From Seison nebaliae (taxonomy: Eukaryota): a stretch of DNA of 31,621 nucleotides. The DNA lies in assembly GCA_023231475.1 (NCBI GenBank), contig JALJEE010003034.1:62001-93621 (forward strand), written 5' to 3'. The notes under the pieces were generated by a model. It had not been told where the DNA came from, made no database searches, and saw nothing but the letters and a program-made list of their open reading frames with translations. The position numbers and the translations under genes were made by a program. Positions 24,032-31,621 of this stretch are shown here, in pieces; position 1 is the stretch's first letter; each line of letters opens with the position of its first letter.

Positions 24032-26593
24032 TTATTCATTCACTAACAGTTTAGCAGCTTCATCTGGCATTGTTATATAAAACGGTTCCTCATTTGACAT
24101 AGTTAGAAATTTTGCTTTGAAACTTATATCACCATTTGCTGTCAGTTTTTTCATAATATCAATAAACTTATCCTTCTTTTTAAATTCTTTCAATTTCACA
24201 TCAACAATTTGAACTTTATAAGCAATGGGTTGAATACGTTCCAATTCTTTCGGTAATTCGACAAAGTTCTCTTTTACGACAGATAATCGTGCGACATTCC
24301 CATAATCCAGAAAGAAGACCGTTGCCACACCATAACGTAGATTGACATTTTTAATGAAACATCGATAGAATAATTTATCGCCTGGGTAAAGAGCTAAACA
24401 ATAAAGACCGTAATGCAATTCGACTGGTTTACAATTTTTCTCTTCTCTCGTGATAATTTCGTTAATTTTGTTGAGTAAATTGGTATGAAAATCAAATTGA
24501 ACGTACATAGTTGAAAAATCGACATATTCCACTGGATACATTTCATAATATACATCTAACTTAATCATTACAGGTAAATTGTTTTGAGCAATTTCTAATA
24601 ATTCTATTTCATCAACATCTGCTTCATTCAACGATGTATCTCCCATAAATTTCTCTAGAACATTTTCCACTTTCTCCAATTTCACAGGAACTGATTCATT
24701 TAGATCAGAAATTTTTTCGTTCAAACTTTCACTCCAACGTTGATAAGTGGGAAGTTGTTCATTCAAATTATTCAACTTCTCTAAATTATTCTCGAGCTTT
24801 ATTGAACCTTGAACTATATCCAACTTGTTTCCATGTTCATCAATATTTTCCTCAGCAAACGGTTCCTTATCATCCAAACTGAGTCCATCAAAATTATTCC
24901 ACACATGTTGAACATCAATTTCTACCGGTTTTGTCGATTCATCATCTAATTTCTCTCTTAATAATTTATCCGAAGAATCAGTACAAGTCATTCGTAAATT
25001 AATATCGTTTGGTCCACTTCTTATCAGACTTTCAACATGCATCATCTCATCTGGTTTTTTAGGTGATGGTTCTTTCTCATCAGGAACAGATTCGTCTAAT
25101 CGGAATGATACTCTCTTCTTTAATTTCTGAATGGGTCTCTGATCGTGAGTGACGAGGAGTGGTCGTCGTATTCCACTAAGATTCTGTTGTATTGGTATAC
25201 CATCATCAGGATCGACAATCGGAAGAATATGGGACGTTTCCACTAATTTAGAATGATCTTTTATTATCGAATAATCTAATCTACTTGATTGATCGTGATT
25301 GTTGTTGTTCTGATTGGAATAAGGAATATTTTCTTTTGTATTTAAATCTTCCCAATCCTTTTCCTCATTCAAAGTGTAGACTTTGAAATATTTATCTACT
25401 GTCGCTTTCGGGATTTCTTCCAATACTTCATCGTTGACTTCTATGTCATCAAATTCGTATTGTGAAATTGACTCTTCATCCTCCTCTTGACGATGAGCGA
25501 AAGATGAAAAACTATTCGATGTAGGAATTTTTTTGGAAGGAACGATTATTTGGTTGAGATTAGATGTGGAAGCTTTTGATAAATTTTCAATATTTTTCTG
25601 TTCATTCATTATTGATTTATCAATTTCACTTAAACTTTTTTGATTATTACAATTTATGTTCATTTGACCGTTGGTCATCAATTTCTCTGAATTCTCATAT
25701 TGACCAGTGGTCAAGTCACATTTAGGTGATCGTTCCTGATTGTTCCGTTTATAATAACTACTATTATTCATTGACACAATACTAGTGGACTTAATTGACA
25801 ATGCACAATCTTCCTGACTCTCATTATCATCAACTTGTTGATGATTTTCCTTATCAGCTCTTTCTTTAACTACCGTATCATTTACAGGAGAATTATTGAG
25901 ACATTTATCTCCTTTTTCTTTAGGAGGCCAACCTTTATCCAAAATACTGAAATAAATAGATTCTCCTGGTAATTTAGGTTTCGATTGGTATAAAGAAATC
26001 CAAGTTGCTGTAAATCCTTTTTTAGTCAAATCTTGAATCACCGAACGACCATCAACAATGATTTCATACATATTCAATTTATTCACAATATTCTTACCAC
26101 GATAATTGATCTTCACAATTTTCTTTCCTACAAAATCCATAAAAAATTCATTAGCTTCATCACTCCATTCGATTTCGTTCTTTGGAATTGCATTGAACAG
26201 ACAACCAATTATTACCGGTAAACGACCGATGTGACTAAAACAGCCTCGTAATGGACGTAAATTGTCCTCATGAACATGAATCGATTGTTGGACGTCGATC
26301 AATTCCACTTGATAATTTGTGGAATCGAGTTGTAATTCTATTCTTCCTCTTTGATATTTCAATCTATTTTTGGTGCGAACGACAACCAAATCATCTGGAG
26401 AGTATATTCGCTTAGATTGGTCACTTTTCCCTGTTGGTAACACATTTACTCTTGGAATCCATGCTGATAATGCTTCACTTGCATGATAAACACTCACTGG
26501 TCGAAGAGTAAAGAGACTAGGACCGCTACCTCCAATCAACACATACTCATCTCCGTCTTCAACTGAATTTGGATTATACCCATGTCTGATCAT
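24032..26593 (-). CDS. Tudor-domain protein (TDRD-like): two extended Tudor domains joined by a long acidic/disordered linker; intronless ORF
   Basis: C-terminal Tudor: VEYVDFSTMYVQ...GLYCLALYPGDKLFYRCFIK...ATVFFLDYGN...LPKELERIQPIAYKV. N-terminal Tudor: VSVYHASEALSAWI...YQRGRIE...YQVELIDVQQ...NLRPL...F...GCLFNAIP...WSDEANEFF. Confidence 0.88.
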   Translation of the reverse strand: MIRHGYNPNSVEDGDEYVLIGGSGPSLFTLRPVSVYHASEALSAWIPRVNVLPTGKSDQSKRIYSPDDLVVVRTKNRLKYQRGRIELQLDSTNYQVELIDVQQSIHVHEDNLRPLRGCFSHIGRLPVIIGCLFNAIPKNEIEWSDEANEFFMDFVGKKIVKINYRGKNIVNKLNMYEIIVDGRSVIQDLTKKGFTATWISLYQSKPKLPGESIYFSILDKGWPPKEKGDKCLNNSPVNDTVVKERADKENHQQVDDNESQEDCALSIKSTSIVSMNNSSYYKRNNQERSPKCDLTTGQYENSEKLMTNGQMNINCNNQKSLSEIDKSIMNEQKNIENLSKASTSNLNQIIVPSKKIPTSNSFSSFAHRQEEDEESISQYEFDDIEVNDEVLEEIPKATVDKYFKVYTLNEEKDWEDLNTKENIPYSNQNNNNHDQSSRLDYSIIKDHSKLVETSHILPIVDPDDGIPIQQNLSGIRRPLLVTHDQRPIQKLKKRVSFRLDESVPDEKEPSPKKPDEMMHVESLIRSGPNDINLRMTCTDSSDKLLREKLDDESTKPVEIDVQHVWNNFDGLSLDDKEPFAEENIDEHGNKLDIVQGSIKLENNLEKLNNLNEQLPTYQRWSESLNEKISDLNESVPVKLEKVENVLEKFMGDTSLNEADVDEIELLEIAQNNLPVMIKLDVYYEMYPVEYVDFSTMYVQFDFHTNLLNKINEIITREEKNCKPVELHYGLYCLALYPGDKLFYRCFIKNVNLRYGVATVFFLDYGNVARLSVVKENFVELPKELERIQPIAYKVQIVDVKLKEFKKKDKFIDIMKKLTANGDISFKAKFLTMSNEEPFYITMPDEAAKLLVNE

Positions 26594-27119
26594 TGTGAGT
26601 ATATATAGAATATATTTCTGTTTCTAGAATAAAACTGTAAGTCTGAATCACAAAGGATATTTGTAAATTTACCAAGCACAATCCACGATATTTTCATTTG
26701 AAATTACACGAAAATTGCCTAATAAACAACTAACTTATAATACCGAAATCTAAGCTTTTCCCAATTGCAACGTTTCATACGAATTAGTGTAAACTTTTCA
26801 ATGTATACCATTTTAGGCTTTATATTGTATTTGAAATCCAAATCAGAAAAGCAATTTTGAAAAATTGGTAAAATATGATAGGCATTCGACTGACATCTTA
26901 ATTCCAGATTTTTGGTAAACCAAAAAACATTTTGCTTAAATACTTCAAACGTAAGCTTCTATGTTATACAAATGCATCTGATAATTATTTATTAAAATTA
27001 TTATTCATAGCTTTTTTTTTTTATCCCCACGGGAATATTAATAATAAACAATAAAAGAAAAATAATTATATTACAGATGTATAGCGACCGGATGTTTTAC
27101 AATTTGCAAGATTTGCAAG

Positions 27120-27580
27120 TAGAAAATTGGATATAATTTAGTGTTAATAATTGATGGAAATATGGCTTAAAATTTTTTATTTTTTCTCTCTCTATTTTCA
27201 AAACAACTGCAACTGACGGATTAGATTTTTGTTTTAATCTCGATCCTTAACTTTTTAAATAAATAAAAGTACAAAATGTCGTTATAATTTATATTTTTAA
27301 CGTTTACTATGTCCCTGCTTTGAATTGTCCAGTTTTTAGTACGTATAATTTCTAAAAAACCCATATTTCAACCCTTATTTTTTCGGGTTAAAATTGATGA
27401 ATTTCGCTCGTTTTTTATTTTTAATATATCTATTTATCGAGCTGAATCCAATAGTCCAAAAAAAATATGATTTATGATGTATTATTATTGGAACAAGAGC
27501 TCTAAAGATATGGAAAATGGAGAGAGAAAAAGTAAAAAATTTCCATCAATTATTAACACTAATCTATATCCAATTTTCTA
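27120..27580. mobile_element. MITE / non-autonomous DNA transposon with long terminal inverted repeats and TA ends
   Basis: 27120-27160 TAGAAAATTGGATATAATTTAGTGTTAATAATTGATGGAAA is the near-perfect reverse complement of 27540-27580. A second block 27170-27200 (AAATTTTTTATTTTTTCTCTCTCTATTTTC) pairs with ~27511-27542. No coding capacity. Confidence 0.8.
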
Positions 27581-27833
27581 TGTTAACATATTGTCTGAAA
27601 CTTCAGAAAAAACCCTATCTAACTTACAAGTTGTTAGTCAAAATTAACTTCCTACGTACTAAATATCCATCTAATTAAAGCAATTGAAAAAAATTTCTTG
27701 ATTTTTAGGGATATTTTCCGCTCGGGGATTTTTTCCTACCCTTCTGCTACCAATTACGTCTCCATTGTCGTTTTTCTGTTCATATTACACTCTTCCGAAG
27801 CCTACCCGGTTGTTTAATGTTTCCGTTCTCTCT

Positions 27834-27928
27834 ATTAGAGAGTTTTAGGAAATGTCTTAGACATATGTCTTACATATATATGTCTTGTTAGACATAAAAA
27901 TGTCTTTTAACAAAGTATACTCTCTAAT
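27834..27928. repeat. Small element bounded by a 10-bp inverted repeat, containing repeated AGACAT/ATGTCT motifs
   Basis: ATTAGAGAGT (27834) ... ACTCTCTAAT (27928); internal palindrome AGACATATGTCT plus further ATGTCTT and TTAGACAT copies. Confidence 0.5.
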
Positions 27929-28809
27929 GTAATGCTAATGGAATGGAGGTGGAACAAAGAGATTCTCTTTCTCCTCTGATGGTTCAGAAGGACAGTGATG
28001 GAAAATTAAGAATATTCGTCAATTATGCAAAATTATTAAAATGTATCTCTGTTAAAGTGTCGAAAATTTGAACGTATATTAGGTACAAGACCTGAGGAAA
28101 CGAATTACCTAATATTTTCCAAAGCAAATTATTTGTCAATGATTCGTATCTCTGAATGTTATTTGGTTCCAATAGTTGCAGAACATCGGCATGTAACCAC
28201 TTTCTAATTTGGTTCGAAATACGTTCAGTTTATAATGCAGTTCGGATTAGAAACATATCAAAATAAATTAATGATGTATTTGAACGAAATGTTGTTGAGG
28301 ATATCGAACCAACTCATTGCAATCATGATTATTGGAAAAAGGAACAAAAAAATAAAAGAAATGAGATGAATTTTTTCGTTCTTTTGACTTTCAATTCGTT
28401 ACATAATTCTATTGTGACAAATTTTCCAATATATTTTTTATTTTTTCTAATTATATCTTGATGTTTAATTAAGTTTATTTGTCAATTTAATGACAAATAC
28501 ATCTCTCATGTATTTCTTATTTAACATCGTCTTAAATCCAGTCAAATCGTTCAATTTCTCAAACATAATGTCTCTCATCCTTTTTCTAAAACAGAATTTA
28601 TCTATTGGAAACGATTTCCATTGTAATTTTTATGTGAAAAATTGTTAGTCACTTGACCAGAATATTTCATATAAATTAAAAAAACAGTTAGTTTTAAAAA
28701 AATGAAAAACTTATTATTAGGAAAATTTATTCGTGCACATTTTGATTGTACCAAAATTTTATTTCTATAAGATCCTATATAAAATTTTTTTAATGTTTTT
28801 CATCTCTCA

Positions 28810-29800
28810 CAAGTGGATGTTCCCTTGTAGTTAAATAAAACGAATTCGGTTAAATTCTGATTCTTGTAATTGATTCAAAATTTGTTGTAGTTCATCATTT
28901 TCTGTCCGTTAGTAGTTTCAAACAGATCAACTTGAGCTTGTTCTAATTTGATTCTTTCTTCTTCCAATTCTTGTTTTACACCATATGGATGGTTGTCGGA
29001 TTTGAAGGCACCAATTTATATTTTTTTCCCAAAATTGAAAAATTCGTATTCGAAGGCAATGGACTCAATAGAATAAACATTAAAAGTATGCAAAAAGAGG
29101 GTGCCTTCGAATATGAATTTTCAAATTTGAGAAATCAATATAAAATGGTGCCTCTCATACCTAGATTCCATCCACATTTTCTGTTAATTCTTGAATCTGT
29201 GCTTGATTCTCCACCAGCTGATTTCGGAAGTTCATATAATGAGGATTAACACTCTGGTAAAAATTATAATATTCTTGTACTCGAATAGAAATTTGCGTAT
29301 AACTTTCTTCCAGAACTTTCTTCTGCTTTTCCGTTTCTTTTAGCTGCGTTCCATCTTCTTCAGTTCTTCGAGCTGTTTAAATCCGATCGATCCCTATTGT
29401 TGGAATTGATCGTTTTCATAAGACGGGCGATCTCCATAACTTTCTCTTGATTTTCAGAAGAAATTTCAACAATTTGACATTGTTCTCAAGTGTCATTTCT
29501 CAACAGTATCCTCAATTCTTCTGTCTCCTACTTCTTCTTCTTAACCGATTCATCAAATGATTGTATACAATCAACTTGATACATTCATGCACCATATCTT
29601 GAAGAGTTTGAAATGCCCCCAAAACTGAACGTCCAATTGGAGTGAACATTCTTATTTAATTTGAATTATTATCGAATCTAATTCTTCGCAAAACACATTT
29701 GGCAGGATTAGAATCTTTTGACAATTCTTTTAATCTTTTTCAATTTGTTTCAATTTTTGACCATTGGAATCAAGTTTTAAGAGAAGACTAAATTTAATAA
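28810..29800 (-). pseudogene. Decayed coiled-coil coding sequence, interrupted by a foldback insertion
   Basis: Frameshifted - strand fragments: QKLKQIEKRLKELSK, SENQEKVMEIARLMK, KQLEELKKME, QLKETEKQKKVLEESYTQISIRVQEY, RNQLVENQAQIQELTEN, then after the insertion KQELEEERIKLEQAQVDL, ENDELQQILNQLQE. Stops and frameshifts fall between blocks without intron-sized gaps. Confidence 0.55.
28977..29163. mobile_element. Foldback MITE-like insertion, TA-flanked
   Basis: Imperfect palindrome 29006-29153: AGGCACCAATTTATATT...TTGAAAAATTCGTATTCGAAGGCA versus TGCCTTCGAATATGAATTTTCAA...AATATAAAATGGTGCCT. TA at 28977-78 and 29162-63 where the coiled-coil reading breaks and resumes. Confidence 0.65.
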
Positions 29801-31010
29801 TGTCAATTAGAAATTTGGTTTTCATCAAAAAATGTAAACTTTCATATTGTTCACGAGATTTGTTGTGGTTTCAAATTCCCTTGTGATACCTTACAGTGTT
29901 CACAAAAGAAACCGAACGGTTATTAATATGTTGAGATATCTCATTGAAAACTGGTTAAATATTATTATTTATATTAACAAAATGCAAGAAAGAACATAAT
30001 CCAAATCTAATATCTCAAATATGCTCTCAATAGAAAAAGTCAATTTAAAATATGTGACGAGATGAATATATTTTTCGTTGTAATAAATATTTTATCGAAC
30101 AATAATAAATATATATCGTTTTATTTTTCTCTATGGCGCAAAAATTCAACAGTTTTTTTCTTTTACGAATATACTTTTTTATTGTCTCTTATATTTGTAA
30201 CAAAAAACGATGATATGTAATTTTAATGTGAACAAATTTTTCCACCATCCCCTTCTACGTGTACTCTCCTATGATCGACTGTTTGATTCTTCTCATTTGA
30301 AAAATGAGTGTTTCATATTGCCCTAACCACTTTATTTGTGATTAATTTTTTTTTCGGAAATTAAACTTTCTAAAAATTTGACAGATTCTAAATAATGAAT
30401 TAGTCCGCTTCTAATGGAGATTTTCAATCATTTTCGATACATCTTATAATGAGAACAAATTGAATTTTTTTGGCCAAATAAGCTTACAAAGGAAGTATCC
30501 GATATGCAGGAAACGAAAATTAAACAGCGTATTAAGATAACATTTTTATTTTCTGCCATTTTTTTCAATTAGTGTCTATATTGGAGGAAAACTCATATAT
30601 TACAAATGAGTGGGTTTATGATGGCATATGTGATTTCTGTATAAATTTTGTTGGTCGATCAACATCATAATCAAAAATATTTTAAAATGGCTGCAACTTT
30701 TTTCTTATTTAAAATTCGATAAAAATGAATTCATTTTATGAAAGTACGTATTTTTTTAACCTATCAAACTATTTTAAAAGAAATTTACATATTAGGAAAA
30801 TTATTTAGGGCTAATAAAAAGAAGGTTGTTACGAAGTGTCTCATTTTGCCCCACAAGACCGTGGGAAAGATTTATTATTACTTTTTTTAATTTTTTAATT
30901 TTTTCTTCTTTTTTTTTCACAGGCCTCTTCAGCTTGTCTTTTCTGAAATCCTGCTTCAGTTTACCAACGCCACGATATCGGGCAATTTCTTTGGTAAACA
31001 ATTTTAAATA

Positions 31011-31621
31011 TGTAGCTTAAATGTCGACAATATTAAAATATATTGTAATATTCTAACTAGTTCGAACTATTCTTTAAAGTTTTTAAGCTTAATAGTCTTT
31101 GAACGTTCACTTGGGAAAACTAGTTTTTATTTCCTTTATTTTTTAATTGTTTGGTAAATATCTTCGGTTTCATAATCGTTAACATTTTCTATTAACTTCT
31201 CTTTTGTGTAGTTCGTGTATCTTTTTTATCAAGTAAGATATCAAAAAAGCTCTTGTCTAGATTTTATTCTCTTCTCTCAAAAAACCATCATCTAATCCTC
31301 GTGGATTTTATATCTTGATCTTCTTGATCTAGTACGACATAGGGAAATAAAGATTAATTGTTATTTTTATAATTCTTTAGCTCACGGCTACATCCGCCCG
31401 CCTTCTAAAGTGGCTTGGTAACACAATTTGCAGCAAATTGGATGTGGTTGAGGTTTCGTTTGTTTTTAACCTTAGTACAACGCTGGTGATACCAACTGAT
31501 TTCGCATTGCGGGTTCGCGCATTGTATAAATTTCAATTGGCTTTGTCCTTTCTCGCAATTACAATATTCATGTTTTCGTTTCTTCAGCTTCTTCATCTCA
31601 TCGATTATCAAATTTCGGTTA
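31011..31621 (-). mobile_element. Probable 3' end of a degenerate LTR retrotransposon: PHD-finger ORF end, polypurine tract, ~382-bp candidate LTR
   Basis: - strand: YCNC...FIQCANPQCEISWYHQRC (ING-type PHD), completed after a frameshift by ...PICCKLCYQATLEGGRM*. Purine tract AGAAGGCGGGCGGA (31406-31393) directly abuts TGTAGC at 31392; matching inverted end GCTACA finishes at 31011; TATAAA (~31310) and AATAAA (~31138) lie inside. Truncated by the window edge, so no integrase or RT is visible. Confidence 0.5.

Noticed and set aside
28971..29249. 92-aa + strand ORF
   Set aside because: Runs through a palindromic insertion and antisense to the coiled-coil relic; no ATG start or recognisable motif.
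30801..31020. Overlapping 66-aa and 64-aa ORFs on opposite strands
   Set aside because: Composition-driven A/T-run ORFs next to the candidate LTR, without ATG starts or motifs.

Overview
Eukaryotic (metazoan) DNA from a very AT-rich, compact genome with tiny spliceosomal introns (mostly 42-64 nt), so the ORF track fragments or misses most genes; all gene models below were spliced by hand. In order: an USH1G/ANKS4B-like ankyrin gene (+), an atypical calpain (-) with no penta-EF-hand domain that ends in a CaaX box, PNO1 (+), a cryptic 25-exon gene (-, 6200-9875), a dead LINE reverse transcriptase, a divergent TRPM-like channel (+), an EGF + trypsin protease (-), a giant low-complexity gene (-), an intronless two-Tudor gene (-), and a repeat-rich right end (MITEs, a coiled-coil pseudogene, a probable LTR-retroelement 3' end with a PHD finger). 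The best discovery candidate is the 25-exon gene, almost invisible to the ORF track. It encodes an ~806-aa secreted protein (signal peptide, long coiled coil, SUEL-like lectin domain, unknown C-terminal domain) whose exons 2-22 are all symmetric phase-1 cassettes with a recurring 126-nt (42-aa) unit. Across the window about 52 of 56 modelled introns begin GTT rather than GTR, and AAG acceptors are common. The taxon cannot be determined from this sequence alone.
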